From positions 1-52,338 of the IMG/VR virus record IMGVR_UViG_3300006638_000005: 52,338 nucleotides of DNA; one strand, written 5' to 3'. How positions within the stretch are numbered: position 1 is the first letter of the stretch; the number at the start of each line of letters is the position of its first letter. Source of the stretch: a virus. Its lineage: Duplodnaviria > Caudoviricetes. Under the pieces are notes generated by a model that did not search any database, was not told the origin of the DNA, and saw only the letters and a list, made by a program, of their open reading frames with translations. Made by a program: the position numbers and the translations under genes. Below are positions 8,998 to 18,847 of this stretch, piece after piece.

Positions 8998-9477
8998 TCA
9001 TGGCGCGGCTGGAGCGACCACAGGCGCGGCTGGAGCGACCGGTGGCACAAACCCCGCGAGCTGCGCGGGCGTCTGAAAGATAAACAGTATGTACGACACC
9101 GGCGGCGTCGGAGGTACCGGATTTGTGCAACACGTAGTCTCCGGCCAATACTGCCCCTGCGCGGCACCGGCCATGATCGAGGCGAGTCTGGGGATGCACT
9201 GCGGGCAGGCGTTTGTCGTTGCGGTGACATCCGCGTTTTGCGTGGTCAGCGTCGCAATGGTGTTATTGGCCGCCGTAAGTTGAGTTGTCAACGTCGCATT
9301 CTGGCTGGTCAGCGTTGCATTCTGGGCGTTCTGGGAAATTCCCTGGGCTTGCAGCGCTGCGATAGTTGCAGCATCCGTAGTGGCGTCGGCCACAACCTTT
9401 TGGGCGTCAGGTACGGTCGTGGACTGGGCGAAAAGGAAGAAACAGGAGAACAACAGTAAAGCGAATGTATTTTTCAT
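8998..9477 (-). CDS. Signal-peptide protein with Thr/Asn/Gln coiled coil and Pro/Ala tail (159 aa)
   Basis: Start reassigned to ATG 9477, which overlaps the upstream stop as ATGA; begins MKNTFALLLFSCFFLFAQ. Confidence 0.7.
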   Translation of the reverse strand: MKNTFALLLFSCFFLFAQSTTVPDAQKVVADATTDAATIAALQAQGISQNAQNATLTSQNATLTTQLTAANNTIATLTTQNADVTATTNACPQCIPRLASIMAGAAQGQYWPETTCCTNPVPPTPPVSYILFIFQTPAQLAGFVPPVAPAAPVVAPAAP

Positions 9478-12400
9478 TGAATCCCCGTCATGGCACCGCC
9501 GCTTACCGCCCCGAATCCACAGCACCCCAAAGGTCCGGTGGTCGAACTTGCCGTCGCATAAGTCGGGTTTGTCGGGCGGAAACCGTACCTGATCCATGTA
9601 AGCGCCCCGGTAATCAGAGATGGGTAGCTGGCCGGGTTGTTTGCGAGGAACAAAGCCAGTACCCCGGAACCAGCCGATCCGGGGTAGCCTTGCGATGTCG
9701 CCCATGTGTTGATGTTTCGCGTGGTCTGGACGAAATCGGGGTTGCTCGTGATCGAGTGGCTGTCGACCGTGCCTGTCGAGTTGCACTCATTAACCGCCGT
9801 GCCGTTTGTCGTTGATGGGTTACATCCCGAGTTCCCGCTGGCGAAAGAGCTGCTGGTCGCCATCTTATAGAGTCCGTTGTAATCGATGCCGGAAGCTTTG
9901 ACTGTGTTCGCCGTGACGGTGGACTGGTAATCCGCGATCGCCGCGCTGTTGACTCCGACCGAGTAGGAATTCGTGCTGTCCGGGGCCGCTTCCTGGTAAT
10001 TGATGTTTCCTGTGTAGGACACAAGGGCCTGATTCGTCGGGCAAAGTGACACCGTAGGAGGGTGGCAATCCCAGTACCCGCCCGCTCCTACCGACGCCAC
10101 ACCGCTGCCTGTCGAAACAAACGTGCTATTGGCAATGCTCTTGACCGACGTGGCCGAACTGGTTCCGACACTAATGGCGCCGGTACATGCCTGAACGCCT
10201 GTTACAGGAGAAGGAAGAGCGAGAAATCCGGTGATGGTGATACTGGGGGTGTAGCCGCTCGTGGTATTCAGATCCTCAAAGCAGTGCGCTTCCGCAACAG
10301 CATAGTCGGCCTCGAAAATCCCATTTGCAAATGTAAGGTTAACGCCGTTGCTCAACGCACCTGACATCTTGTCATTGGCGGCTGAGGATTCCAGAAGAAA
10401 GTTGGAGGCCGACCCTCCCCACGAAGCCACAAATGCAGGGAGCCCGTTGTCGATGATGATGAAATTGGTCGCGCTGGCCCATTTATAGGTCGAGGCGATT
10501 GTGCCTCCGAATATAAGTTGATTTCCGAGAACGTAATTGGTCAAAGTGCAGCCGTTCGCTACATCGTTGCGTCCAATCCCCACATCTGAATAAAACTCCT
10601 CCATGTCGCAGACCGTTCCGCCCGTATAAGCGCCGGAAGCCATATAGGGCGATATGGAAACCGACCCGAGGCTGTTTGAGTACTGAACGTTAAAGCGTTT
10701 GAAATATGTGCTGGCAACAGCCATCTGCCCGGCAGGAGCCTCGCCGCCGGTGAAGTTGAACGTCGAATACTCAATGTCGCTCCGGTCTTCGAGAATCGAG
10801 CCTCCCAAATTGTTCAGCAGGTAAACAGGGGCGCATGAAACGCTCGCGCTCCCGCAATGATCCGCCTTCAAACCAAAGAGCACAAGACTGACACTCGAAT
10901 AGGTAGAGTTCGGATTATCAATCACACCGTTCGCGCCTGTATTATTCGTGCTCGACCAGATCGAAGGCGTCGCCCCGGCTGCGTTGGGCCATACCTGTGA
11001 GTTGGCCTCGGCTGTCAGCATCACATACCCGGAGTGCGTGCCGAGAGATGCGCTGGCCGTGCAGCTCGTAGCCGACGCGCAACTGTTGATCGTCACCGCA
11101 GCACCTCCGATGTTCGACGCGAAGGGTGTGCTGGTAACCGTAAATTGCCGGCCGCTCTTCCACGTTATTGCAGTTCCCAGCGTGTCCACGTCCGAGGTGT
11201 CCACTCCCGCCGTAATGAAGTTGTACCCATTGCTGTTTGTCCCGAACGGACCCGTGTTGACCGTCCCGTTGCAGGTGTCCTGGATGATCGTTGCCCCATT
11301 CGAAATCTGAAAGATTGGCGGGTATGCGGTCGTGTTCGACGCTCCAGCCATCTGTGGGTTGCCCTGCAAATGAATTGTCGATCCAGGGTCCGCAATAACC
11401 GCTCCCTCGTTGGCGATTATCAGATCGGCGTTTGTTGCGGAACCCGGACAACTTCCGATAACGGCGGTGTAGCCGCCTGTAATGTGGATCGTGCTGTTCG
11501 CCGGGACTGTAGCGGAATCGCCACTGGCGGGAATCCCGACTGCGCCCCAGCTTGCCGCGCTGTTCCATACATTGTAGCCGGACGATCCGGTATACGCCAC
11601 GGGGGTTACCTTGGTAACCACATCGTTGGACGGCGCGGTGATCGTCACCCCGGTCATAGGCTGAAGAGTGAGAATAAAGCTCCCGATGAGCGCCGGGGTA
11701 TAAGTAAAGGTGAAACTCGATGCGCCGGTACACGGAACCCCTACCACCGACGTGCCCGGACTTCCGAGCGATGGGGTAAAGGTACCTCCATTCAGCCATC
11801 CGTTTCCGGTCGTGGAGTCGCTCAGGTAGCAGGTAGAGGGAAAGTTCCCCGGGCTGATTGATACCGTGCAGGCGCTGGAAGCCCCTCCCCCGAGGCTCTG
11901 TGTTGTGGGGCAACCGGAAAACGTGATCGCCGGTTGCGATGGGCTGAATGCCCCTATTGCAGGCGCGGATGACTGGTTGGCGTATTCGGTGTTGATCCAG
12001 TCCGCGGACCGGAGTGCGTTTGAAATGCGGAACTCGTCTATCCGGCCTGTGAAGAAACCGCCGTTCGCTAATTCCTGGCCAATCGTCAGCGGCGTCGGGA
12101 TACTGGCGACTACCGTTCCCGTATGAGTACCTATCGATACGCCGTTGGCATACAGCGTTGTCGTGCCGGTGCTCGTCCAGGTGAGGTCATAGCGCACCCA
12201 GGTATTCTGTGGCCATGTCAGCGCGGTAGAAGCCACCACTACGCGATGGTCACCGCTTACTGACCATCCGGCATAAAAGTTGCCGTCCGAATATTTCTGG
12301 AAGGAAAACTCCCCGGCGCTGGATTGTCCGAAAAGGAACATGTCAGAGCCGTCGTTGTAGGCCGTGCCGGGATACGCCCACAAACTCACCGTGCCGTTTG

Positions 12401-13022
12401 TGTAAGAAAGATTACTCAGAGGCGTCGCCACGTATTGAGTGCTGGCGCTCACGAATCCGACGGCACCGTCTAATTTACCGGCGACCGCCGTCGTGAGGGT
12501 ATTAGTCGCGTTGTTCGCGTTCGCCGAGAAATCCAGATAGCTCGCCGTGGTGCCGTTCGGGAAATGATAAGCCACCTGCGTGTACGTGTCGAACTCGGCC
12601 CCCGCCGCACCGCCCTGATATGTGCTGATTGCCGCGTTGCCTATGCAGACGGTGATGGATACGCTCGCGCCGGTCGTCAGACTCGGGACCATTACCCAGC
12701 CGTTCAGCGTGCCGGCCGCGGCACTGTAGGTTTCGATGCCCCACGTGTATCCGCCCGCCTGCGTCGCACACGTTGCATCGCTGGTGAGGATCAGGTCAGT
12801 AGGTACTACAACTCCGACACGCGTTACCGTGTTGTAAATTTCTCCGCCGTTGGCCGTTGTTTTAAGCTTCGCATCGGAAGCCGAGAACGCCAGGGTAATG
12901 TTCGTATCGGTGGTCGCGCCGGAAGCCGCGGGGAAGGTGAGCGTGGCCACGCTGGTATATGCCTTGATCGCGCTTGGCAGCAGGCATATAACCGATATTC
13001 CGATAAGTTTCTTTATCGACAT
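9474..13022 (-). CDS. Large Ser/Thr/Gly-rich protein with signal peptide, DUF2341-like region and LamG/concanavalin-like domain (1182 aa); adhesin or fibre-like
   Basis: MSIKKLIGISVICLLPSAIKA leader; WVMVPSL; FTGRIDEFRISNALRSADWINTEYANQ is a typical LamG ending. Confidence 0.7.
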   Translation of the reverse strand: MSIKKLIGISVICLLPSAIKAYTSVATLTFPAASGATTDTNITLAFSASDAKLKTTANGGEIYNTVTRVGVVVPTDLILTSDATCATQAGGYTWGIETYSAAAGTLNGWVMVPSLTTGASVSITVCIGNAAISTYQGGAAGAEFDTYTQVAYHFPNGTTASYLDFSANANNATNTLTTAVAGKLDGAVGFVSASTQYVATPLSNLSYTNGTVSLWAYPGTAYNDGSDMFLFGQSSAGEFSFQKYSDGNFYAGWSVSGDHRVVVASTALTWPQNTWVRYDLTWTSTGTTTLYANGVSIGTHTGTVVASIPTPLTIGQELANGGFFTGRIDEFRISNALRSADWINTEYANQSSAPAIGAFSPSQPAITFSGCPTTQSLGGGASSACTVSISPGNFPSTCYLSDSTTGNGWLNGGTFTPSLGSPGTSVVGVPCTGASSFTFTYTPALIGSFILTLQPMTGVTITAPSNDVVTKVTPVAYTGSSGYNVWNSAASWGAVGIPASGDSATVPANSTIHITGGYTAVIGSCPGSATNADLIIANEGAVIADPGSTIHLQGNPQMAGASNTTAYPPIFQISNGATIIQDTCNGTVNTGPFGTNSNGYNFITAGVDTSDVDTLGTAITWKSGRQFTVTSTPFASNIGGAAVTINSCASATSCTASASLGTHSGYVMLTAEANSQVWPNAAGATPSIWSSTNNTGANGVIDNPNSTYSSVSLVLFGLKADHCGSASVSCAPVYLLNNLGGSILEDRSDIEYSTFNFTGGEAPAGQMAVASTYFKRFNVQYSNSLGSVSISPYMASGAYTGGTVCDMEEFYSDVGIGRNDVANGCTLTNYVLGNQLIFGGTIASTYKWASATNFIIIDNGLPAFVASWGGSASNFLLESSAANDKMSGALSNGVNLTFANGIFEADYAVAEAHCFEDLNTTSGYTPSITITGFLALPSPVTGVQACTGAISVGTSSATSVKSIANSTFVSTGSGVASVGAGGYWDCHPPTVSLCPTNQALVSYTGNINYQEAAPDSTNSYSVGVNSAAIADYQSTVTANTVKASGIDYNGLYKMATSSSFASGNSGCNPSTTNGTAVNECNSTGTVDSHSITSNPDFVQTTRNINTWATSQGYPGSAGSGVLALFLANNPASYPSLITGALTWIRYGFRPTNPTYATASSTTGPLGCCGFGAVSGGAMTGIQ

Positions 13023-13447
13023 GTCAAAACCGCCGTGATCGTGGAAACCGTACCCGATACGGCAGTCACGGTCATGACGATCATGTCGTTCGTGGCAACC
13101 GCCGTAGTCGTAAAGTCAGTAACGGTGGAGGACGTAATCGCCGTCCCGCTGGCTATCGACAGCCCAACCGTGCTGATGAGATTCGATATCGTGGGAACCG
13201 CCGTCCCGGTTGCCACTTTCCAGAACTTGACAGTGATCGTACCGGAGTCTCCCGAAGCCATCGCGAGCTGGTAGCCCCGAATCGTACAAGAAGCTACCAC
13301 GGGGAGTGTCGGGCTGATTGAGGAAGTCGTCAATGAGCCGCCAGGCCCACCGGCCACAAGAACCAGACCGCGAGCGGATGGGATGTTAATCTGAGCCGAC
13401 GCCGCGCCCGCCAACAGCGCCGCAAAAGCCAGCAACTTAAATGTCAT
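13013..13447 (-). CDS. Signal-peptide beta-sandwich protein (144 aa)
   Basis: Start reassigned to MTFKLLAFAALLAGAASAQ, which has an AxA cleavage motif. Confidence 0.65.
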   Translation of the reverse strand: MTFKLLAFAALLAGAASAQINIPSARGLVLVAGGPGGSLTTSSISPTLPVVASCTIRGYQLAMASGDSGTITVKFWKVATGTAVPTISNLISTVGLSIASGTAITSSTVTDFTTTAVATNDMIVMTVTAVSGTVSTITAVLTCR

Positions 13448-13697
13448 TGGGCCTGGTTTCCTTCTTATCAACCCAGTTCATGTCCATTGCGCGCCCCTTA
13501 TGGAAGTTTACTTCGAGCTTCCCTGTGTAGCTTAACCGGTCGATTGTAGCGAGTACATCGGACATGGAGGAAGCGGGCAGGCGGACTTCGGTGACGACGC
13601 GGGCGGCGACGGATGCGCCGGTCAGGTGCGACAGGGACGACCCGTTAAGCAACGGCTTACCGGGATTTCGCGCGTCCTTTCCGTTTACGTCCGCCAC
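13437..13697 (-). CDS. Small hypothetical protein (86 aa), YezD/DUF2292-like C-terminus
   Basis: YTGKLEVNFHKG motif; family assignment tentative. Confidence 0.5.
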   Translation of the reverse strand: MADVNGKDARNPGKPLLNGSSLSHLTGASVAARVVTEVRLPASSMSDVLATIDRLSYTGKLEVNFHKGRAMDMNWVDKKETRPNDI

Positions 13698-13830
13698 CCT
13701 TGCCTTCCTTTCGCTTCTCGGACAACATGATAGCGACAGCCTGTTTGCGATTCTTTACCTTCGGCCCCTTCTTCGAGCCGGACCGCAACTTACCGGATTT
13801 GAACTCGTGCATTACCTCACTTGACGGCAT
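13657..13830 (-). CDS. DUF6496-like basic protein (57 aa)
   Basis: Hand translation MPSSEVMHEFKSGKLRSGSKKGPKVKNRKQAVAIMLSEKRKEGKGGGRKRKGRAKSR. Confidence 0.75.
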   Translation of the reverse strand: MPSSEVMHEFKSGKLRSGSKKGPKVKNRKQAVAIMLSEKRKEGKGGGRKRKGRAKSR

Positions 13831-13844
13831 AACTGTGTGCTACC

Positions 13845-16049
13845 TCAATGCGCCGATGTCCTCACGGTGCTGTCGCCGCCTGGCTTCTGCTCCAGTTTAG
13901 GTGCGCGCGAGAACGTTTCCGGGCGGCCACGATTACCACCCTTGCCCTTGCCGCCGCCGCCCTGACCCTGTAGTGCGCCCTGCACACGCGCCTGGATCTC
14001 AAGCTGCGCGATCCATTTCTCTATCTCATTTCGCGCCTCTCTCATACCGCCTGTTTCAGGGTCCGGCACCATGCAAGGCCCGAAATTCTTGATGTCGAAG
14101 GTTTCGGCGAGCGTCCACCAGGACAGCGGGAACTGCACCTTCATGAGCTGGAGCATGAACAGCTTGCGGGTAGTCGAGTTGAACTCGTTCAGCGAGTAAG
14201 GCGTGACTTCGAAGTTGAAGTTACCTTTGTGCCACCGGGCACGCTCGAACTGCGCGACAGCCATAGGTTGCAGGTAGTTGTTGGTACCCTGTTCCTGACG
14301 CCACATGCCTTCCGGGTCCTGCGTCATGTCGAGCGTGACAACTTTGCCGTCGGAGTCTTTCATGCGTGTAAGCGGCACGAGCGTTCCGGGCTCGAAGTCG
14401 AAGTCTTCCTCGGTTACGCCGTCCGGCCCGAGCATCTGCATACGGCGCGCGGCGGTCGCGAACTGGAACCAGTCGGACTTCCACATTTCGCCGAGGTCCC
14501 GGATCGCCGCTTCCATGTTGCGCGACTCGTCTTTCACAAGCGGACCCATTGCTTCAAGCAGTTTCTCCGTGCTGTCGCCGGCCGGCGTCTGGCGGGCGCG
14601 CGCCAAAGCCGTTACATCGGCCACGCCCATCTGCTCTTTCATCATTGCAGGGAGGATCTTGGCCGCGACTTCGGCTATGGCGGGGTCCACGCGGTACCAG
14701 TCGCGCGGCAGCATCGGAACGAACTGACCAGCGGCGTTGTTGAGCGTCATGTCGAGACCGACGCGCAGACCAGGCATACGCGGGTTAGTGGTCTGAAGCA
14801 TGGACTGTGCGCTGCTGCCACGGTCGTAGAACGCAGACGGGTTCAGCGACAGGTTCATCTGGTCGCCGAGACCGCGCCATAGTTCTATCGCGAGCTTCTC
14901 CAGAGACTGCCCGTAGCGCGTGACCGGCATACCAAGGAAGTTCCACGCCTGATCGTCACAGCGCATCTGGACACATGGCACCATGCCGTCCCAGCGGTAG
15001 CTCGACTGGTGCTCGGGCGCGGGGTTAACGATACAGGAGTCCGTCGCGATAATCAGGCGCCGGTTCGGGTACAGCATGCAGTCTTCGCGGTGCGCCGTTC
15101 GCTTCTCAGGGCGGCCACCCTGTAAGACTCGGCCGGTTTCTATTTCCTGACCGACAAACGGTACCGTGTAGGACCACGACGTACCCCAGATACCGTCCGG
15201 CCCCATTATCTGACGCGGCGACCCGGTTTCGTTCACCGAGTCGTCGTCCACGTAAATGTAGTACACGTCCACGGTGTCCCAGGTGGAGGCTTCTTCGGGT
15301 TGCCGCGCGCCTTGGCCGAAACGCTTCAGAACGGCTGAAGCGAACTTGACAGCCTGCGCGATCACCATGCCCTTACCGAGAGTATTGACGCGGTTAGCCT
15401 TAATGTTGTCGCGCTGCAGCGGGAACATACGCCAGACCTGGTGGATCGGCATTTTCTTGCGCATAGCGACCGCGTAGGCGGTCTGGATTTGCAGGTCGGG
15501 TGCGAGCCCGAGCGGGAGTACGTCCAAAGGTCCGTAAGCGTCCCAGACGATGTCGCCTTTGCGCCTGTACTTGGGGTCGTAGCGCGGCCCAAGGTAGCCT
15601 GTGCCGGTAGCGCAGGCGTACTGCCACGCGGCACGCACGCGACGGTCGGCGAACGTCATATTCTGCCACGCCATGAAACCTTTGTTCAGGATCTGGTTCT
15701 GTTCGCGGTAGATTTCCGAGGACTTGAAGGAAGGGATGATACGGAGGTTCGTTTGCGCGGCTACGATCTCACGGTAGTTGCGGACCGTACTCTCAGTCTT
15801 GACGCTGCTGAGAGACTGCACGTCGGTGACGGCGAAGTCGCCGTTTATGATGTCGAATCCGTCAGGAATGTATTTGTAGGCGGGTTGCAGGCGGAGGTAA
15901 GAGCGCGCGTCGGACAGCATCTGCTGCGACCACGCGAAGATTTCATCGGGGGAACAAGGCAGCCATTCCTGACGGGAGTGGTTGAGTTCGAATGGAGCCG
16001 GGCACAGGTAGGCGGTGTCGATAGGCGAGTGTCCGGGGTGACGGTTCAC
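13845..16049 (-). CDS. Portal protein (734 aa)
   Basis: Size, position between terminase and scaffold/capsid, and the YACATGTGY segment. Confidence 0.75.
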   Translation of the reverse strand: MNRHPGHSPIDTAYLCPAPFELNHSRQEWLPCSPDEIFAWSQQMLSDARSYLRLQPAYKYIPDGFDIINGDFAVTDVQSLSSVKTESTVRNYREIVAAQTNLRIIPSFKSSEIYREQNQILNKGFMAWQNMTFADRRVRAAWQYACATGTGYLGPRYDPKYRRKGDIVWDAYGPLDVLPLGLAPDLQIQTAYAVAMRKKMPIHQVWRMFPLQRDNIKANRVNTLGKGMVIAQAVKFASAVLKRFGQGARQPEEASTWDTVDVYYIYVDDDSVNETGSPRQIMGPDGIWGTSWSYTVPFVGQEIETGRVLQGGRPEKRTAHREDCMLYPNRRLIIATDSCIVNPAPEHQSSYRWDGMVPCVQMRCDDQAWNFLGMPVTRYGQSLEKLAIELWRGLGDQMNLSLNPSAFYDRGSSAQSMLQTTNPRMPGLRVGLDMTLNNAAGQFVPMLPRDWYRVDPAIAEVAAKILPAMMKEQMGVADVTALARARQTPAGDSTEKLLEAMGPLVKDESRNMEAAIRDLGEMWKSDWFQFATAARRMQMLGPDGVTEEDFDFEPGTLVPLTRMKDSDGKVVTLDMTQDPEGMWRQEQGTNNYLQPMAVAQFERARWHKGNFNFEVTPYSLNEFNSTTRKLFMLQLMKVQFPLSWWTLAETFDIKNFGPCMVPDPETGGMREARNEIEKWIAQLEIQARVQGALQGQGGGGKGKGGNRGRPETFSRAPKLEQKPGGDSTVRTSAH

Positions 16050-16063
16050 AGGACTAGTCTAAC

Positions 16064-16183
16064 TTAAGACTCGTACTTTCGCTCTCCGCACTGAAGGCAA
16101 ACGCTGAAGACACGCCCGTCATCATCGCGTATTCGCAAATAATCGAAATGGTGCTCATGGTTTATCTCTGGTGCCGCATCCAT
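16064..16183 (-). CDS. 39-aa HxH...CxxC putative zinc-binding peptide
   Basis: Hand translation MDAAPEINHEHHFDYLRIRDDDGRVFSVCLQCGERKYES; fills the gap before the portal gene. Confidence 0.45.
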   Translation of the reverse strand: MDAAPEINHEHHFDYLRIRDDDGRVFSVCLQCGERKYES

Positions 16184-16188
16184 AATAA

Positions 16189-17034
16189 CTACTTCGCCCG
16201 CTGACTTTTCCATCCCGTATCCTCCGCGCAGAAGTCCTGCATATTACCCTGGTTGAACTCAATCAACTGAGCATGAAAGTTGGCGTTCAGCGCCTTCCCG
16301 TACCGTTCCGCCGACTTCCGGTCGCTCCGGGCGCGCATAAGTTGCCGCAGCCCCAGGTACCGGCTGGACTGGCTGAAACGCGCGTTCACGTCGTCGCGGA
16401 CCTTCTTGCGCTGTTCCGCAAAATACTCGCGATGCGTCTCCCGGCGCGCGCTCATCAGGTTCGTCTCCCAGCCGCTGATCTCTTTCTGGACACGGTTGTA
16501 CGAATGTATGTCGGTCAGCTCTATCCGCTTCATGCCCGGTTCGGTCGGTTCGTTGTTGCGCCCCGGTATGTAGTATCGGTTCAGGCCGCGCGCGAGCTGA
16601 TCGACAGTGTAGTTAGCGCGCTCATAGATCACGAGCGGTTCGAACCGGCGCGCGTTCAGCGGGACGCCTTCGCCGGGTAAAGTGACGCGTCGCAACGCAG
16701 GCGCGGTGCAGGTGGTCAGGTTGCCTTCCGCGTCTTCGAGCGCGCTGCCGCAGACCTTGGCGTAGGGTAAGTTACGTGGGTTCTGCCGGTACTCTTCGTG
16801 TTCACCGGCGCAGTGCAGGCAGCGATACACGGCGGTGCGCTGGAAGGTAGTGGAGTGCGTGTCGTAGTCCATTGCCCAGACAGGTAAGGTGTCGAGCGCA
16901 GCGTGGAACAAGCCGGCGTGCTCGTGTACCGGCTGCGCGACCCCGGCGTCGTCCAGCACCTGAATGACACGGACGGGCGCGGTAGCGACCGGCGACAGCG
17001 CGTTCAGGACTTCAGTCGTGGTTGCGGTTGGCAT
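16189..17034 (-). CDS. Hypothetical protein with zinc-ribbon-like motif (about 281 aa)
   Basis: YRCLHC...C...C; start reassigned to ATG 17034. Confidence 0.6.
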   Translation of the reverse strand: MPTATTTEVLNALSPVATAPVRVIQVLDDAGVAQPVHEHAGLFHAALDTLPVWAMDYDTHSTTFQRTAVYRCLHCAGEHEEYRQNPRNLPYAKVCGSALEDAEGNLTTCTAPALRRVTLPGEGVPLNARRFEPLVIYERANYTVDQLARGLNRYYIPGRNNEPTEPGMKRIELTDIHSYNRVQKEISGWETNLMSARRETHREYFAEQRKKVRDDVNARFSQSSRYLGLRQLMRARSDRKSAERYGKALNANFHAQLIEFNQGNMQDFCAEDTGWKSQRAK

Positions 17035-17162
17035 AGTCTCTTCATTAAAGCATCGGCGGTCAGGACGGCGCAGTCGGCAAGGTGCTCCGGGTCGATATTG
17101 TCCGGGTTCGCTTTCTGCAACAGTACAATAAGCAAATCGCGCGCCAGTTCGTCTCTGTTCAT
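17004..17162 (-). CDS. Small hypothetical protein (52 aa)
   Basis: Hand translation MNRDELARDLLIVLLQKANPDNIDPEHLADCAVLTADALMKRL...; ATGA coupling to the KTSC gene. Confidence 0.55.
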   Translation of the reverse strand: MNRDELARDLLIVLLQKANPDNIDPEHLADCAVLTADALMKRLCQPQPRLKS

Positions 17163-17425
17163 CCACGTCTCCTGAACGTATTAGTGCTCCGGCGACCGCT
17201 CTTTGTGGTGCCGGATACCATCCTGACCTCCGGGTAGTTGTCTCTGATCTTATCGTGAAAGTACGAACCCGGCGATCCGGTCTGGAACAGGGTGTCGGCT
17301 ACGGTCTGCGGGACGCGGGTATAGGTGTAGACGGCGCCGTTTACAAACTGGATCGCAAGGGTCTGCGCTTCAGGGTCGTAGTCGGCGCCGTTCAAATGAC
17401 GGGACTGGAGGCCACGCCATGCCAC
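17159..17425 (-). CDS. KTSC domain protein
   Basis: YDPEAQTLAIQFVNGAVYTYTRVP...SPGSYFHDKIRD. Confidence 0.9.
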   Translation of the reverse strand: MAWRGLQSRHLNGADYDPEAQTLAIQFVNGAVYTYTRVPQTVADTLFQTGSPGSYFHDKIRDNYPEVRMVSGTTKSGRRSTNTFRRRG

Positions 17426-17430
17426 GACGG

Positions 17431-17850
17431 TTACGCCGCGGGTGCCACGGTAGCCGCATTCTCAAGGACGCCGATAACGCTCTGTACCTTGGTTGCGGCG
17501 ACACCTACGGCAGCCTGCACCTGCGCGTTCTTGACGCCGATGTCGCCGCTGGTCACAAGCGAAGTAACAACACCGGCTAGATTGGCTGCGTGCGCGGACA
17601 AGTCTGTCGCGGTGGATTCCACCGTAACGCCTTTTTGAACGATACCGATGGCGTCCTGCACCTTGGCGATCTCCGCGACCACCGGAGCCGCGTCGGCGGG
17701 CGACAATGTAATAGCCGCGACCGATGCGGCAACACCGGCGGCGGCGGCGGCTTCGGTAAGGCCAGTCTGGATAGCGCCGCCGTTTTTGGTGAAAAAGTTG
17801 TGCAAAACAGTTCCTATCGAGTGGAAGAAACCACTAATTGAAAAACTCAT
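17431..17850 (-). CDS. Ala-rich helical protein in the lysis region (139 aa)
   Basis: Amphipathic N-terminus; tightly packed with neighbours. Confidence 0.6.
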   Translation of the reverse strand: MSFSISGFFHSIGTVLHNFFTKNGGAIQTGLTEAAAAAGVAASVAAITLSPADAAPVVAEIAKVQDAIGIVQKGVTVESTATDLSAHAANLAGVVTSLVTSGDIGVKNAQVQAAVGVAATKVQSVIGVLENAATVAPAA

Positions 17851-17855
17851 GGCGT

Positions 17856-18107
17856 TTACGTACCTGCTTTCTTCGCCGCCGCGGCGGCGCTTAAGTTAGC
17901 TGCGATGCTCGATTCCTGAACTTCGACCCCGGTGGAATGCGTAGTCGAATCTTTAGCCGCGAAGCCGATCCCGGCCATACCGCCGGCCATAACGTACTTG
18001 GCAACTTCTCCAACCCAGGGCCACCTGGAAAATAACATCGGCGAGAAGAGGACGAACCCGGCAACCGCCGTTATCACGCCGAACAGATTGGTTTTCCAGT
18101 TCTTCAT
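17856..18107 (-). CDS. Putative holin (2 transmembrane segments)
   Basis: MKNWKT start, two hydrophobic segments, AKD motif, near the endolysin. Confidence 0.65.
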   Translation of the reverse strand: MKNWKTNLFGVITAVAGFVLFSPMLFSRWPWVGEVAKYVMAGGMAGIGFAAKDSTTHSTGVEVQESSIAANLSAAAAAKKAGT

Positions 18108-18385
18108 AAGGCTTTGCGCGGTCCTATAAGTTGCGGCAGATTGATACGGTCGAGTATACCGTGGATCGCATCTTCAGCCTGCTTTATGGCTTCCGTGCGC
18201 TCCGCCGTAACGTCGGCGAGCGCGCCACCTGCAACGGTGTTCAGCTCGGTGGTGGCGTCGGAGACGATCTGTTTAAAGGTCGTTTGCAGTTCGGCGAGCT
18301 GCGACGCAATAAAGTCTTTCAGGCCGGGAATCTGCGCCGCGAACTCGTCCGCCGCCGCTTTACCTACCTGATCGCCGATAGCCAT
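18104..18385 (-). CDS. Hypothetical helical protein (93 aa)
   Basis: Abuts the endolysin and overlaps the holin start. Confidence 0.6.
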   Translation of the reverse strand: MAIGDQVGKAAADEFAAQIPGLKDFIASQLAELQTTFKQIVSDATTELNTVAGGALADVTAERTEAIKQAEDAIHGILDRINLPQLIGPRKAL

Positions 18386-18838
18386 TTAAGATGCCACTCC
18401 CGTTCTGAGACGCGCGGCGATGTCATGTCCGCGCTGTTTGACCTGATCGATCCACGGATGCGTGTTTTCAAGTTCGGCGGCGGCGCCGAACCAGGAGCCG
18501 GATGCGGCAAGACCGATAAAGTGAGGCCAGTGAATGAAACCGGGAACGTTGTAATAAAGGTCGATCAGCGCATTCTGACGTACCGGGTCCAGCGTTGTGA
18601 ACCACGGCAGCGCGGCAGTCAGCACGTCCGTCGCTTTCTTTTCCCTGAAGTGCAGACAGAAGTCGCGTTCCTCCGGGTAAAAGAACTCCGCGTTCGTACC
18701 GATGCCGAACGTAGGATGACCCTTGAGTGTGTACCCTGGTACGATACGAGAGCCCGTGGCATCGTCGTACAAATAAAGCTTGTCACCTTCGTCGTTAACG
18801 AGTTCGGCATCGAGCGCGGACTGTTGTGTATCGTCCAT
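18386..18838 (-). CDS. Endolysin, T4-lysozyme-like muramidase (GH24)
   Basis: DEG...YDD...GHPTFGIG and LDPVRQNALIDLYYN motifs. Confidence 0.85.
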   Translation of the reverse strand: MDDTQQSALDAELVNDEGDKLYLYDDATGSRIVPGYTLKGHPTFGIGTNAEFFYPEERDFCLHFREKKATDVLTAALPWFTTLDPVRQNALIDLYYNVPGFIHWPHFIGLAASGSWFGAAAELENTHPWIDQVKQRGHDIAARLRTGVAS

Positions 18839-18847
18839 TCAACGCGC

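Noticed and set aside
9002-9040. 18-bp direct repeat at a 21-bp period
   Set aside because: Explained by the coding repeat VAPAAP.
9478-9786. N-terminal extension of the 262-aa ORF
   Set aside because: It overlaps the 1182-aa gene; the coupled ATG at 9477 with a signal peptide is the better start.
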